Below, one piece after another: positions 30,657 to 41,695 of a stretch of DNA of 64,000 nucleotides; within the stretch, counting starts at the first letter, position 1, and the number at the start of each line of letters is the position of its first letter. The notes below the pieces were generated by a model that was not told the DNA's origin, searched no databases, and worked only from the letters and a program-made list of their open reading frames with translations. The DNA is from Burkholderiaceae bacterium (lineage in GTDB: Bacteria > Pseudomonadota > Gammaproteobacteria > Burkholderiales > Burkholderiaceae_B). Both the position numbers and the translations under genes were made by a program. The stretch covers positions 4,733 through 68,732 of the forward strand of contig JAMNXR010000008.1 in the NCBI GenBank assembly GCA_023653055.1. The letters are read 5' to 3'.

Positions 30657-32917
30657 TTGACAAGCTAAACGAACCGCAGCGAAACGCAGTCACTTTACCC
30701 GCGCAACATGCCCTCGTATTGGCGGGGGCAGGCAGCGGAAAAACTCGGGTGCTGACGACCCGAATGGCTTGGCTCGTTCAGACCAGCCAAGTCAGCCCGC
30801 TGGGAATCTTAGCCGTTACCTTTACGAATAAAGCCGCACGCGAAATGGTGGCTAGGGTTTCGGCCATTTTGCCAATTGACACCCGTGGTCTGTGGATTGG
30901 TACTTTTCATGGTTTGTGCAATCGTATGTTGCGCGCACATCATCGTGATGCAGGCTTGCCGCAGGCGTTTCAGATTTTGGATACTGCGGATCAGCTCGCT
31001 TCCATCAAGAGGCTGCTAAAAGTCAATGGTGTGGATGATGATAAGTATCCCCCCCGTGATGTGCAGCGCTTTATTAACGGAGCTAAAGAAGACGGTCAAC
31101 GTCCAGGTGACGTAGAGGCTTACGACAGTTTTCGTCGGCGCCTGATTGAGATCTATACGTTGTACGAGGCGCAATGTCAGCGTGAAGGTGTTGTCGACTT
31201 TCCCGAGCTTCTCCTGCGTGCCTACGAATTGTTATCGAGACACGCGCCGATTCGTGAGCATTATCAGCGCCGCTTTAAACATATTTTGGTCGACGAGTTT
31301 CAGGACACCAATACGTTGCAGTACAAATGGCTCACTTTGTTGGCAGGGGGTGGGGCACACTTGTTTGCGGTGGGTGACGATGATCAATCGATCTACGCTT
31401 TTCGCGGGGCCAATGTTGGAAATATGGCGGATTTTGAGCGTGACTATGCCCATGGCACGGTCATCCGTCTTGAGCAAAACTATCGATCCTTCGGACATAT
31501 TCTTGACTCAGCCAATGCTCTGATTAGTCATAACACGGGTCGACTCGGTAAAAACCTTTGGACAGAGCAAGGTGAGGGCGAGCAAATTCGTGTAGTTGAG
31601 CAGCCCACAGACTTGCTCGAAGCCCAATGGCTCGTCGAGGAAGTTCGAGGCCTGATTTCTGACGGTCGTGATCGTAGTCAAATCGCTATTTTGTATCGCA
31701 GTAATGCGCAGTCCCGTGTGATTGAGCACGCCTTGTTCTCTTCGGGAGTGCCCTACAAGGTTTATGGTGGCTTACGTTTTTTTGAACGTCAAGAAATCAA
31801 ACATGCACTTGCTTATTTAAGGTTGATGGCCAACCTCGATGACGACACCTCTTGGATGCGTGTAGTCAATTTTCCGCCACGCGGTATCGGCGCTCGGACG
31901 TTGGAGTTGTTAGGGGATCAGTCTAAAGCTTACGATACGAGTTTGAGTGCGTCCGTTGCGCGGGTTCCCGGCAAAGGTGGGTCCAATCTTGCTCAGTTTT
32001 CGGGCCTGATTCAGCGCCTGACTGAGGAAACCCGCAGCTTGCCGCTTCCTGAACTTGTTGAGCACGTCATCGAGCATAGCGGCTTGATTGGACACTATCA
32101 GCTTGACCGCGAAGGCGCGGATCGTATCGAAAATCTTCGCGAGTTGATCACTGCCGCGGCAGCTTTTGTTGCGGAGTCCAACATGGGTGGATTGCCTGCT
32201 GGTGAAGTGGTGCAGACCGCGGGTGCCCAAGAGCCAATGCAGGAGGGTTTTGAGGGCTTATCACCCTTGATGGCTTTTTTGTCTCATGCTGCACTTGAAG
32301 CGGGTGATAATAAAGCGCAAGCGGGTCAAGATGCGGTTCAGTTAATGACTGTTCACGCAGCCAAAGGTTTAGAGTTTGATGCTGTGTTTATCACGGGCAT
32401 CGAAGAAGGACTCTTTCCACACGAAAACAGTATTCTTGAACAGGCAGGCCTCGAAGAGGAGCGTCGCCTAATGTACGTCGCGATTACCCGAGCACGCGAA
32501 CGTCTTTATTTCAGTCTTGCCCAAAGTCGCATGCTTCATGGTCAGACACGTTATGCAATGCGTTCGCGATTTTTGTCCGAAGTCCCAGAAGAACATTTAA
32601 AGTGGTTGACGCCCAAACAGGGACTCAGCGACTCCGAGCCTCGCTGGAAGTCTAGTGGCTCAGGTTTTGATCCTTATGCAAGGCAAGGCTCTGTAAAGCC
32701 CGCAGCCGCTGTCAATCAAAGTGCATCTTATGGTGTGACAGTGGGAAGTCAACATTTTCGCATTGGTCAGGGTGTGCGCCACGGTCGTTTTGGAGAAGGC
32801 ACGATTTTTGGGCTGTCTGGCAGTGGATTAGATGCTCAAGCTCAGATCCAGTTTCGTGACGTTGGGGCAAAAACCTTGGCCCTTGGTATCGCAAAACTTG
32901 AAATTATTCAGGGCTAG
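30653..32917 (+). CDS. uvrD: ATP-dependent DNA helicase II (UvrD/PcrA family)
   Basis: 754 aa, LNEPQRNAV...AGAGSGKTRVLT, DEFQDTN, TVHAAKGLEF, VAITRA motifs. ATG overlaps the desaturase TGA (ATGA). Confidence 0.85.
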   Translation: MIDKLNEPQRNAVTLPAQHALVLAGAGSGKTRVLTTRMAWLVQTSQVSPLGILAVTFTNKAAREMVARVSAILPIDTRGLWIGTFHGLCNRMLRAHHRDAGLPQAFQILDTADQLASIKRLLKVNGVDDDKYPPRDVQRFINGAKEDGQRPGDVEAYDSFRRRLIEIYTLYEAQCQREGVVDFPELLLRAYELLSRHAPIREHYQRRFKHILVDEFQDTNTLQYKWLTLLAGGGAHLFAVGDDDQSIYAFRGANVGNMADFERDYAHGTVIRLEQNYRSFGHILDSANALISHNTGRLGKNLWTEQGEGEQIRVVEQPTDLLEAQWLVEEVRGLISDGRDRSQIAILYRSNAQSRVIEHALFSSGVPYKVYGGLRFFERQEIKHALAYLRLMANLDDDTSWMRVVNFPPRGIGARTLELLGDQSKAYDTSLSASVARVPGKGGSNLAQFSGLIQRLTEETRSLPLPELVEHVIEHSGLIGHYQLDREGADRIENLRELITAAAAFVAESNMGGLPAGEVVQTAGAQEPMQEGFEGLSPLMAFLSHAALEAGDNKAQAGQDAVQLMTVHAAKGLEFDAVFITGIEEGLFPHENSILEQAGLEEERRLMYVAITRARERLYFSLAQSRMLHGQTRYAMRSRFLSEVPEEHLKWLTPKQGLSDSEPRWKSSGSGFDPYARQGSVKPAAAVNQSASYGVTVGSQHFRIGQGVRHGRFGEGTIFGLSGSGLDAQAQIQFRDVGAKTLALGIAKLEIIQG

Positions 32918-32941
32918 ATCTTAATGGGTCGGGCTTGAACG

Positions 32942-34930
32942 CTAGGCAATTGATTCCAGTTCGCTTTGCAACGCAAGCCACGCCTCTTCTAATTCCCCAT
33001 GTTTTTTTGTGAGTTCTCCATGTTGGGAGAGCGTTTGCACGCGTTCTTGGCGACGCGCATCAGAATAAAGGTCTGCGTCCGCAATCAACGTATCGAGTAA
33101 CTTGAGTTTGCTTTGTGTGGCCTCAAGTTCTTTTTCAATTTTTAAGAGCTTGGCTTCGATAGGTCTGCGCAACACAGCTGTCCGTTGGCGTTCCTGTGCT
33201 TCTTCTCGCTTTTGTTGCTTGCGATCGGTATTTGAGCTCTCCGATAGACTAGGTGCGTGTTCATCAGGGGTAATGTTCGCAGTTTGTCGCTCTACAAGCT
33301 CTTGTTTGCGCGCATTGGATTGGTGTTGTGCAAACCAATCTCTGTAATCCTCAAGATCACCATCAAATTCTTGTACGCCACCGTCCGCCACAATCCAAAA
33401 GCGATCCACCGTTGTTCGCAACAAGTGTCGATCGTGCGAAACCAGTAGCATGCTGCCACCAAACTCCGCGAGCGCTGTCGTCAGGGCCTCGCGTGTTTCT
33501 ACGTCCAAGTGGTTACTAGGCTCATCAAGGAGTAATAGGTTAGGCTTTTGCCAGACGATGAGCGAAAGGGCCAGCCTTGCTTTTTCTCCACCAGACATGG
33601 GGGCAACCTTGTCCATGACGCGATCACCACCGAAACCAAAGCCACCCAAATAGTTACGAAGTTCTTGTTCGCGCGTTTGTGGTGCCAGTCGTGCAAGGTG
33701 CTGCAATGGACTGCTATCTAAATCAAGCATATCAAGCTGATGCTGAGCAAAATATCCCACCTCAAGGCCGCGAGAGGCCTTGCGGCTACCGGCTTGCACT
33801 TCGAGCTCTCCCGCGAGTGTTTTGACAAGCGTGCTTTTACCAGCACCGTTCACACCCAAGATACCGATACGATCTCCACCTCGAACCATCAAGCGCACAT
33901 TTCGCAAGATAGGCGTAGTCTCACCTTGTTCGTTGATATATCCCGCTTGCATATCCTCTAACACTAAAAGAGGATCGGGCATTTCTTCGGGGGAGGGAAT
34001 GCGAATGTCAATGCCGGACTCTGCATGAAGGGGCGCCAATAGCTCCATGCGTGCCAAGGCCTTGACTCGGCTTTGAGCTTGTTTTGCTTTTGACGCTTTG
34101 GCCTTAAACCGATCAATAAATCCTTGCAGGCGAGCTGTCTCGCGTGTTTGACGCTCCCACGCAATTTTGGTTTGCCGCAGACGCTCGGACCGCTGAATGA
34201 CAAAGTCCTGATAGCCGCCCTTGTATCGATTGAGTTTGCCTTGATCAAAATGGAGAATTGTTTGTGCAACCGAGTCCAAAAACTCGGTATCGTGAGAAAT
34301 CAGTAAGACTGTCCCAGCATAGGCACCTAACCAGCGCTCAAGCCATAGCATGGCATCGAGATCCAAGTGGTTGGTCGGCTCATCGAGCAAGAGCAGTTCA
34401 GAAGGCGCCATCAGCGCGCTTGCGAGCGCAAGACGCATTCTCCATCCGCCAGAAAAGCTATCGACAGGATGATCCCATTGCGCAGGTGTGAAACCTAAAC
34501 CAGCCAGAAGTTGCTCAGCGCGTGAGGCCGAAGTCCATGCGCCGACCTCGATGAGCTCGGACTCTAGCTCTGCAATACGCGCGCCGAGTACCTCTGCTTG
34601 GTGAGGTTCGCGCTCAAGCGCTTCAGACAGTTTGCTGCGCTCAGCTTGTAGCCAACGCAGATGGGTATCACCATTGATCACAAAATCACGTGCACTACTA
34701 TCGCTTGAGGCAATTTCTTGTTTGACGCTTGCCATGCGCCATCCTTGAGGCACTTCAAGTGATCCTGCGTCTGCTTCAATTTCGTGCTGGAGTAGCGCAA
34801 AAAGAGTGGATTTGCCCGCGCCATTTTTCCCAACGAAGCCAACGCGTTCGCCAGGGTGAACAACAAACTCAGTTTGATCGAGCAATACTTTTGTGCCGCG
34901 ACGAACCGTCAAACCTGAAGCACGAATCAC
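32942..34930 (-). CDS. ABC-F family ATPase (two ABC domains, no TMD; YheS/Uup-like translation factor class)
   Basis: Two Walker A motifs (GKNGAGKST, GVNGAGKST), two LSGG signatures and a C-terminal coiled coil. I prefer the GTG at 34930, which forms GTGA with the prmB stop and gives the N-terminus VIRASGLTVRRG. The ORF track extends to 34993. Confidence 0.85.
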   Translation of the reverse strand: MIRASGLTVRRGTKVLLDQTEFVVHPGERVGFVGKNGAGKSTLFALLQHEIEADAGSLEVPQGWRMASVKQEIASSDSSARDFVINGDTHLRWLQAERSKLSEALEREPHQAEVLGARIAELESELIEVGAWTSASRAEQLLAGLGFTPAQWDHPVDSFSGGWRMRLALASALMAPSELLLLDEPTNHLDLDAMLWLERWLGAYAGTVLLISHDTEFLDSVAQTILHFDQGKLNRYKGGYQDFVIQRSERLRQTKIAWERQTRETARLQGFIDRFKAKASKAKQAQSRVKALARMELLAPLHAESGIDIRIPSPEEMPDPLLVLEDMQAGYINEQGETTPILRNVRLMVRGGDRIGILGVNGAGKSTLVKTLAGELEVQAGSRKASRGLEVGYFAQHQLDMLDLDSSPLQHLARLAPQTREQELRNYLGGFGFGGDRVMDKVAPMSGGEKARLALSLIVWQKPNLLLLDEPSNHLDVETREALTTALAEFGGSMLLVSHDRHLLRTTVDRFWIVADGGVQEFDGDLEDYRDWFAQHQSNARKQELVERQTANITPDEHAPSLSESSNTDRKQQKREEAQERQRTAVLRRPIEAKLLKIEKELEATQSKLKLLDTLIADADLYSDARRQERVQTLSQHGELTKKHGELEEAWLALQSELESIA

Positions 34931-35835
34931 GGTGTTAATTGCTCTTTGGTCAGCAGAAGAATTTGATCTGTCGCTTCGGCGGTATCGAGCCATATAGGTT
35001 CGAGATCGGGAAAGGCAGCTTCAAAATAAGGTCTCTCATGGCCGATTTCAATTAACAACAAACCATTGTCACGCAAGTGAGTAGGGGCTTGTTCAATAAT
35101 CGTACGGACCAAATCCATGCCATCATCTCCACCAGCAAGCGCTAAGGATGGTTCATGACGATACTCCGGAGGAAGTTTCAACATTGAGGCGGAGTTGACG
35201 TAAGGCGGATTGCTGATAATCAGGTCATATTGCGCGGAAACCGGCAGTGGATCGTAAAGGCTCCCGTGATGCAAGTTCAGACGATCTTGCATGCCGTGCT
35301 TTTCAACGTTGATCAGGGCAACATCGAGCGCATCTTTTGAAATATCCGTGGCATCGACAAAAGCCTCAGGAAACTGATGCGCTGCGATAATCGCCAAACA
35401 GCCTGAGCCTGTGCACAAATCTAGTATGCCAGTGATCTCAAAAGGATCTGCAATCCAGGGACTGAGCTGATTCATCAATAATTCAGCAATCGGTGAGCGT
35501 GGCACAATCACACGCGGATCAACATGAAAGGTATAGCCTTGAAGCCACGCCTCATGTGTCAAATAGGGCGCTGGTAGACGCTGCTCGCAGCGTAAATCGA
35601 TCAGACTCAGAGCCGCTTCGCGTTCAGACGGCAAAATACGTGCGTCCATGAACGGCTCGAGTTGATCGGGGGGTAAGTGCAACGCATGTAAAACCAAATA
35701 CACCGCTTCGTCCCAAGCGTTGTCTGAACCATGTCCAAAAAACAGTTTTTGTTCATTGAAGCGAGACACTGCGTACCGAATCAAATCGCGAACGCTTTGT
35801 AAGGCTTCTCGTGAACCATCTATAAGTTTGGTCAT
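34927..35835 (-). CDS. prmB: 50S ribosomal protein L3 glutamine N5-methyltransferase
   Basis: 302 aa, DLCTGSGCLAI SAM motif and the NPPY catalytic motif (IISNPPYV). Confidence 0.85.
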   Translation of the reverse strand: MTKLIDGSREALQSVRDLIRYAVSRFNEQKLFFGHGSDNAWDEAVYLVLHALHLPPDQLEPFMDARILPSEREAALSLIDLRCEQRLPAPYLTHEAWLQGYTFHVDPRVIVPRSPIAELLMNQLSPWIADPFEITGILDLCTGSGCLAIIAAHQFPEAFVDATDISKDALDVALINVEKHGMQDRLNLHHGSLYDPLPVSAQYDLIISNPPYVNSASMLKLPPEYRHEPSLALAGGDDGMDLVRTIIEQAPTHLRDNGLLLIEIGHERPYFEAAFPDLEPIWLDTAEATDQILLLTKEQLTP

Positions 35836-35896
35836 GCGATGTTCAGACGTGTTGAAGGCGATTGTATAAATGGTTTTGATGCGGTTGTTCGGGTCA

Positions 35897-36718
35897 TTAC
35901 GCTCTCAACAAATCGTTGATGCTGGTTTTTGCACGTGTCTGCGCATCAACACGCTTCACAATAATGGCGCAGTTCAAACTGTGCGATCCGTCTGCAGAGG
36001 GCAACGAGCCTGGAACTACTACAGAACCCGAGGGTACCCGACCGTAGTGGATTTCTTTTGTTTCACGATCGTAAATACGCGTGCTTTGCGACAAAAATAC
36101 ACCCATTGCCAAGACTGAGTTTTCTTCTACGATCACACCCTCGACAACCTCTGACCGTGCACCGATAAAACAGTTGTCTTCGATAATAGTGGGGTTGGCT
36201 TGAAGGGGCTCGAGTACGCCACCGATACCAACGCCGCCAGACAAATGCACATTTTTTCCGATTTGAGCGCATGAGCCTACCGTAGCCCATGTGTCAACCA
36301 TGGTGCCTTCGTCTACGTAGGCACCAATATTGACGTATGAGGGCATCAGCACCACATTGCGTCCGATAAATGCGCCGCGTCGCGCGACAGCGGGTGGTAC
36401 GACTCGGTAACCACCAGTTTTGAATGCTGTCTCACCGTACTCTGCAAATTTAAGGGGTACTTTGTCATAAAACTGCATGGGTGCTTGTCCCATGATTGCA
36501 TTGTCATACAGACGAAAGGAAAGCAGCACAGCTTTTTTTATCCACTGATGTACTTCCCACTTGCCATTGATTTTTTCAGCGACACGCAAGTGTCCCGTAT
36601 CGAGTGCGTCAATGGTGTGCTCAACGGCTTCGCGCATGGCGGCGTCCGCAGCGGAAGGTGACAGATTGGCGCGGTTTTCCCAGCCTTGTTCAATAGTGGT
36701 TTGCAGATCGAGAGTCAT
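35897..36718 (-). CDS. dapD: 2,3,4,5-tetrahydropyridine-2,6-dicarboxylate N-succinyltransferase
   Basis: 273 aa with hexapeptide-repeat region ...[30 protein letters not shown].... Confidence 0.95.
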   Translation of the reverse strand: MTLDLQTTIEQGWENRANLSPSAADAAMREAVEHTIDALDTGHLRVAEKINGKWEVHQWIKKAVLLSFRLYDNAIMGQAPMQFYDKVPLKFAEYGETAFKTGGYRVVPPAVARRGAFIGRNVVLMPSYVNIGAYVDEGTMVDTWATVGSCAQIGKNVHLSGGVGIGGVLEPLQANPTIIEDNCFIGARSEVVEGVIVEENSVLAMGVFLSQSTRIYDRETKEIHYGRVPSGSVVVPGSLPSADGSHSLNCAIIVKRVDAQTRAKTSINDLLRA

Positions 36719-36777
36719 GAGAGCCCTGTGAAAATAAGTATTAAAAAATATAAAAATAGAGACGAGTTTGAATATTG

Positions 36778-37989
36778 TTAACGAATAGTATGCGGGTAAT
36801 ATTGACGAACAAAATCAGCAATACGATGTGCACCTTCGACGCAATCCGCGAGTGGTGCGACTAAGGCAATACGAATACGATTGAGGCCTGGGTTTACACC
36901 ATCTACAATACGTCCTACATAACTGCCTGGTAATAATGTCACATTGGTCTGTGTGAGCAGATCGCGGACAAACTCTGCATCGGGGCCTGGTGTACCGGCC
37001 CAAAGATAAAACGAGGCATCTGGACGATTGACGTCCAACACGGGTTTTAAAATTGGGAGGACCGCATCAAATTTTGCGCGGTACTGTGCACGATTTTCAA
37101 TGACGTGTGCTTCATCATTCCAAGCGGCAATACTCGCGGTGGATACGACGGGAGATAACGCGCTGCCGTGGTAGGTGCGGTAAAGCAAAAACTTTTCAAT
37201 CAGCTTTGCATCACCCGCAACAAAACCAGAGCGCATACCCGGCACATTTGAACGTTTTGACAGGCTTGAAAAGCTCATCAGATTTTTGAAATCCTTTCGT
37301 CCCAGTTGAAATGCAGCCTGCATGCCGCCCAAGGGTGGGTGATTTTCATCAAGAAATATTTCTGAGTAGCACTCATCCGAAGCAATCACAAAGTTGTAGC
37401 GGTCTGATAACTCGAACAAAATTTCCCAGTCTGACAGAGGCATGACATTGCCGGCCGGATTGCCAGGGGAACAGACAAAAAGCAGTTGAGTGCGTGCCCA
37501 GACTTCGGCTGGTACCGTCGACCAATCACATCGAAAATTTTTGGCAGGATCTGAATTGACGTAAAAAGGCGTCGCACCGCCTAGTAGCGCTGCACCTTCA
37601 TATATTTGATAAAACGGGTTTGGACAGACGACCAAGCCGTCTTTTGAGCCGTCAAGGACAACCTGTCCAAAGGCAAAAAGTGCTTCGCGTGAACCTAGCG
37701 CCGGCAAGATCTGCGTTTCTGGATCTGGGCAGGGAATACCATAGCGGCGACCGATCCACGCGCTAATAGCCTGACGCAGTTTGGGGTCACCTTTGGTTGG
37801 GGGGTAAACGGACAAGCCGTCTAAGCCACTGACAATAGCGGCTTTTACGCAATCTGGTGCCGGATGTTTGGGCTCTCCGATAGAGAGATTGATTGGCCGC
37901 AAGCCAGAGGCGGCAGGGTTTGACTGAGCTAATAAGGCTCTCAGTTTTTCAAACGGATAGGGCTGTAAAGTATCGAGGCGCGGATTCAT
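36778..37989 (-). CDS. dapC: Succinyldiaminopimelate transaminase (DapC type, class I aminotransferase)
   Basis: [19 protein letters not shown]...SIGEPKH...SLSKRSN (PLP lysine). Adjacent to dapD. Confidence 0.85.
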   Translation of the reverse strand: MNPRLDTLQPYPFEKLRALLAQSNPAASGLRPINLSIGEPKHPAPDCVKAAIVSGLDGLSVYPPTKGDPKLRQAISAWIGRRYGIPCPDPETQILPALGSREALFAFGQVVLDGSKDGLVVCPNPFYQIYEGAALLGGATPFYVNSDPAKNFRCDWSTVPAEVWARTQLLFVCSPGNPAGNVMPLSDWEILFELSDRYNFVIASDECYSEIFLDENHPPLGGMQAAFQLGRKDFKNLMSFSSLSKRSNVPGMRSGFVAGDAKLIEKFLLYRTYHGSALSPVVSTASIAAWNDEAHVIENRAQYRAKFDAVLPILKPVLDVNRPDASFYLWAGTPGPDAEFVRDLLTQTNVTLLPGSYVGRIVDGVNPGLNRIRIALVAPLADCVEGAHRIADFVRQYYPHTIR

Positions 37990-38064
37990 TCTGACATTTT
38001 AACCAGTTGGTTGACAGGGTGGGGCGGAAAACTTGCTTAGTGTGCGCTACAATGTCTGGCTATT

Positions 38065-38151
38065 GCGAAGGTGGCGAAATTGGTAGACGCACCAGGTTTA
38101 GGTCCTGACGCCGTAACAGGTGTGCGGGTTCGAGTCCCGCCCTTCGCACCA
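38065..38151 (+). tRNA. tRNA-Leu, anticodon UAG, class II (long variable arm), encoded CCA
   Basis: Acceptor GCGAAGG/CCTTCGC, T-arm GCGGG-TTCGAGT-CCCGC, anticodon loop TTTAGGT (TAG at 38099-38101), 15-nt variable arm, 3' ACCA. Confidence 0.95.
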
Positions 38152-38218
38152 ACACTGCTCTTTGATACGGCGCGGGTCGTTTCCTGTGCTTTCCGTCCTC
38201 TTTGTTTGGTAGATTTTC

Positions 38219-39529
38219 ATGCAACCTGTGGTTGAAACCCTTTCCGGCCTTGAGCGCCGCATCGAAATCTCGGTCTTGTTGGCCGACGTCGAAAAAGCTG
38301 TTCAGGCTGAACTTAAGCGCGTATCCCGCACCGCCAAAGCGCCTGGCTTCCGTCCTGGAAAAGTGCCAATGGCGATGCTCGAGCGTACGCATTCCGCCGG
38401 CATTCGCTATGACATGATCAACAACAAGGTTGGTCAGGCGTTTGAACAAGCGATCGAAGCTTCGGGTTTGCGCATTGCAGGTTCACCCAAGCTTGAGCCA
38501 AAAACCGAGGGCACCCCTGAAGGAACCTTAGCTTTTTACGCGGTGTTTGAGGTGTACCCAGAAATCACGCTTCCTGACTTGACCACTCTCAAAATCAAGC
38601 GCGCGGTCACAACAGTGGGTGATGCCGAGGTTCAAAGTACGGTTGATATTCTGCGTAAACAGCGCGCCGAATATGCAGCAAAAGACGGTCGCGTTGCGAC
38701 GGACGAAGATCGCGTCACTCTGGACTTTGTGGGCACGATCGATGGAGTCCCCTTTGATGGCGGTACCGCTCAAGATTTCCCTTTTGTTCTCGGACAAGGC
38801 CGCATGTTGCCTGAGTTTGAAGTGGCAGTCCGAGGTTTGAAAGTTGGCGAGTCCAAGGTTTTCCCCTTAGCCTTTCCTGCCGATTACGGCGGTAAGGATG
38901 TTGCAGGAAAGACTGCCGAATTCACGATTACTGTTAAAGAAGTTGCAGAGCCTGTTTTGCCTGTCATCGATGCCGAGTTTGCTAAATCCTTGGGTCAGGC
39001 AGAAGGCGATGTTGAAAAGTTGCTGGCTGACATTCGTGGCAACATTGAACGCGAAGTCAAAGCGCGTACGCTTGCGCGTACAAAAAACAGCGTCATGGAC
39101 GCTTTAATTGGTGCCGCTACGTTTGATGTGCCTAAATCCTTAGTCGACAGCGAGTGCGAGTCTCGTGTTCAAGCTGCTCGTGCAGAGTTGACGCAGCGTG
39201 GCGTGCCAAATGCTGACAAGATGCCGATTCCTGCGGATGCTTTTACCGCCGAAGCTGAGCGCCGTGTCCGCCTGGGCTTGTTGGTCTCTGAACTCGTTCA
39301 AAAAGCGCAGCTGCAAGCCAAGCCTGAGCAGGTTCGTGCCCGTATCGAAGAGTTCGCAGCCAACTACGAAAAGCCTGCTGAAGTCGTGAGTTATTATCTT
39401 TCAGATCGTGCTCGCCGTTCCGAAGTCGAAGGTATCGTGCTTGAGGACAACGTCGTCCAGCATGCTTTGGCTCAAGCTCAGGTCGAAGACGAGCAGGTCC
39501 CTTTTGATCAAGTGATGGGAACAGCCTAA
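38219..39529 (+). CDS. tig: Trigger factor
   Basis: 436 aa, GFRPGKVP motif and an FKBP-type PPIase middle domain. Followed by clpP-clpX-lon. Confidence 0.95.
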   Translation: MQPVVETLSGLERRIEISVLLADVEKAVQAELKRVSRTAKAPGFRPGKVPMAMLERTHSAGIRYDMINNKVGQAFEQAIEASGLRIAGSPKLEPKTEGTPEGTLAFYAVFEVYPEITLPDLTTLKIKRAVTTVGDAEVQSTVDILRKQRAEYAAKDGRVATDEDRVTLDFVGTIDGVPFDGGTAQDFPFVLGQGRMLPEFEVAVRGLKVGESKVFPLAFPADYGGKDVAGKTAEFTITVKEVAEPVLPVIDAEFAKSLGQAEGDVEKLLADIRGNIEREVKARTLARTKNSVMDALIGAATFDVPKSLVDSECESRVQAARAELTQRGVPNADKMPIPADAFTAEAERRVRLGLLVSELVQKAQLQAKPEQVRARIEEFAANYEKPAEVVSYYLSDRARRSEVEGIVLEDNVVQHALAQAQVEDEQVPFDQVMGTA

Positions 39530-40186
39530 ATGCAACGTTTTACCGATTTCTATGCATCCATGCACGGTGGCGCATCTGTTACGCCGACCGGGCTAGGTTA
39601 CATACCGATGGTGGTTGAACAATCGGGCCGTGGTGAGCGCTCCTACGATATTTACTCGCGTCTTCTTAAGGAGCGTGTGATTTTCTTGGTGGGACCGGTC
39701 AACGACCACTCCGCCAACTTAGTCGTTGCGCAGCTGTTGTTTTTAGAGTCCGAAAATCCTGATAAGGATGTCGCGCTTTATATCAACTCACCCGGTGGAT
39801 CCGTTTACGCAGGCATGGCCATTTACGACACCATGCGTTTTATCAAGCCCGAAGTCTCAACGCTTTGCACGGGTTTGGCCGCTAGCATGGGTGCTTTCTT
39901 GTTGGCAGCTGGTCAAAAAGGCAAGCGTTTTTCGCTTCCCAACTCACGCATCATGATTCACCAGCCTTCAGGCGGTGCTCAGGGTCAGGCTTCCGATATT
40001 CAGATCCAGGCGCGTGAGATTCTCGATTTACGTGCCCGCTTAAATCAGATGTTGGCCGAACATACGGGTCAGTCTGTCGAGCGGATTGAGATCGACACTG
40101 AACGTGATAACTTTATGTCCGCTCCTGACGCTGTGGCCTATGGCCTAATCGACAAGGTGCTGACATCACGCGCGGACACCGTCTAA
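39530..40186 (+). CDS. clpP: ATP-dependent Clp protease proteolytic subunit
   Basis: ...[18 protein letters not shown]...[11 protein letters not shown] (active Ser)...MIHQP. The ATG directly abuts the tig TAA. Confidence 0.95.
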   Translation: MQRFTDFYASMHGGASVTPTGLGYIPMVVEQSGRGERSYDIYSRLLKERVIFLVGPVNDHSANLVVAQLLFLESENPDKDVALYINSPGGSVYAGMAIYDTMRFIKPEVSTLCTGLAASMGAFLLAAGQKGKRFSLPNSRIMIHQPSGGAQGQASDIQIQAREILDLRARLNQMLAEHTGQSVERIEIDTERDNFMSAPDAVAYGLIDKVLTSRADTV

Positions 40187-40217
40187 GACGTTCCGGCCCA
40201 AGACCTACAGGAAGCTT

Positions 40218-41516
40218 ATGTCCGAAAAAAAGGGATCTGCAACAACAAAAGTCTTGCATTGCTCATTTTGCAACAAGGCTCAGCATGAAGTACGCAAGCT
40301 GATTGCGGGTCCTTCGGTGTTCGTGTGTGATGAGTGCATTGACTTATGTAATGACATTATTCGCGAAGAAGCCCAAGCGAATGCCAAAGAGTCTATCAAG
40401 ACTGATTTGCCAACTCCAGCTGAAATCAAGGCATTCCTAGATCAATACGTGATTGGGCAGACGGCACCTAAGCGTGTCTTGGCTGTCGCCGTTTATAACC
40501 ATTACAAGCGTTTACGTCATGCTGAAATCAAGGGCGATGGCGTTGAATTGTCTAAAAGTAATATTCTCCTAATTGGCCCGACAGGTTCGGGTAAGACCTT
40601 GCTAGCGCAGACCTTGGCACGCCAGCTTAATGTCCCTTTTGTGATGGCAGATGCCACTACGTTGACCGAAGCAGGTTATGTTGGTGAGGACGTTGAAAAC
40701 ATCATTCAAAAGCTCCTGCAAAACTGCAATTACGAAGTTGAAAAAGCTCAGCGCGCGATTGTCTACATAGATGAGATCGACAAAATATCTCGCAAGGCTG
40801 ACAATCCATCCATTACGCGTGACGTGTCTGGCGAAGGTGTTCAGCAGGCGCTTCTCAAGCTGATCGAGGGTACGGTTGCCTCTGTGCCCCCTCAGGGTGG
40901 GCGTAAGCATCCCAACCAGGATTTTGTTCAAGTTGATACGACTAACATTCTATTTATCGTTGGCGGTGCTTTCGACGGCTTAGAAAAAGTGATTCGTAAC
41001 AGAACCGAGCGCTCGGGTATTGGCTTTGGAGCCTCGGTTGAGTCCAAGTCGGAAAGATCAACGGGTGATACGTTCTTAGAAGTCGAGCCCGAAGACTTGG
41101 TCAAGTTTGGATTAATTCCTGAGCTTGTTGGCCGTTTGCCAGTGATTGCAACCTTGCAAGAGCTCGACGAAGACACATTGATGCAAATCTTGACTGAGCC
41201 TAAAAATGCTGTGGTCAAGCAGTTCGAAAAACTGTTCGCGATGGAAGGTGCTGAGCTCGAGATCCGTCCAGATGCGTTAAAAGCTATCGCCCGCAAAGCG
41301 ATCAAGCGCAAAACCGGCGCACGTGGATTGCGTTCTATCCTCGAGTCTGCCTTATTGGACACGATGTATGAGTTGCCGACCCAAGGAAATATCAAGCGGG
41401 TAGTGCTTGATCAATCCGCTATTACTGGTGAGGGCAAGCCCTTATTGGTTTATGCAGATGCAAATGAGCCCAAACCGATTGCTAAACCGCCAGCGGTTCG
41501 GGACGCTGCTGCTTGA
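40218..41516 (+). CDS. clpX: ATP-dependent Clp protease ATP-binding subunit ClpX
   Basis: N-terminal zinc module CSFCNK...CDECI and Walker A GPTGSGKT. Confidence 0.95.
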   Translation: MSEKKGSATTKVLHCSFCNKAQHEVRKLIAGPSVFVCDECIDLCNDIIREEAQANAKESIKTDLPTPAEIKAFLDQYVIGQTAPKRVLAVAVYNHYKRLRHAEIKGDGVELSKSNILLIGPTGSGKTLLAQTLARQLNVPFVMADATTLTEAGYVGEDVENIIQKLLQNCNYEVEKAQRAIVYIDEIDKISRKADNPSITRDVSGEGVQQALLKLIEGTVASVPPQGGRKHPNQDFVQVDTTNILFIVGGAFDGLEKVIRNRTERSGIGFGASVESKSERSTGDTFLEVEPEDLVKFGLIPELVGRLPVIATLQELDEDTLMQILTEPKNAVVKQFEKLFAMEGAELEIRPDALKAIARKAIKRKTGARGLRSILESALLDTMYELPTQGNIKRVVLDQSAITGEGKPLLVYADANEPKPIAKPPAVRDAAA

Positions 41517-41549
41517 TTTTGGTTTATGGACTTATTTTCCAGATTTCCC

Positions 41550-41576
41550 AGCCCCTCTAGAGGGGCTTTTGCTTTA
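41550..41576 (+). terminator. Rho-independent terminator after clpX
   Basis: AGCCCCTCTAGAGGGGCT perfect palindrome followed by TTTTGCTTT. Confidence 0.8.
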
Positions 41577-41590
41577 ATTAGGGGTCAGAA

Positions 41591-41618
41591 CTTGAAATTT
41601 AGGCTATTGTCCCAATAA
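41591..41618 (+). promoter_or_regulatory. Candidate sigma32 (RpoH) heat-shock promoter for lon
   Basis: CTTGAAA (41591-41597), a 13-nt spacer, then CCCAATAA (41611-41618), compared with the consensus CTTGAAA-N13/14-CCCCATNT. It lies about 78 nt upstream of the lon ATG. Confidence 0.6.
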
Positions 41619-41695
41619 CGAAGCTATTCGTAGAAACACGGGCTTTGTATCGGCTGCCCAGTTAGGATTCGCCGAGTTTTTTTTAGGAAGACGTT

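Noticed and set aside
38011-38053. TTGACA ... TACAAT as the tRNA-Leu promoter
   Set aside because: The two hexamers are 31 nt apart, far from the 16-18 nt optimum. No alternative partner hexamer with good spacing is evident, so no promoter is called.
38152-38218. Genomic island integrated at the 3' end of the tRNA-Leu gene
   Set aside because: tig starts 67 nt after the tRNA. There is no integrase and no direct repeat of the tRNA 3' end.
38060-38449. 129-aa minus-strand ORF
   Set aside because: It overlaps the whole tRNA-Leu gene and the 5' end of tig on the opposite strand. It is a shadow ORF.
39400-39529. Sigma32 promoter for clpP inside the 3' end of tig (CTTGAGG...GCATGCTT)
   Set aside because: It is a poor match to both consensus elements.
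40928-41395. 155-aa minus-strand ORF
   Set aside because: It is antisense to clpX and is Ser-rich and low-complexity.
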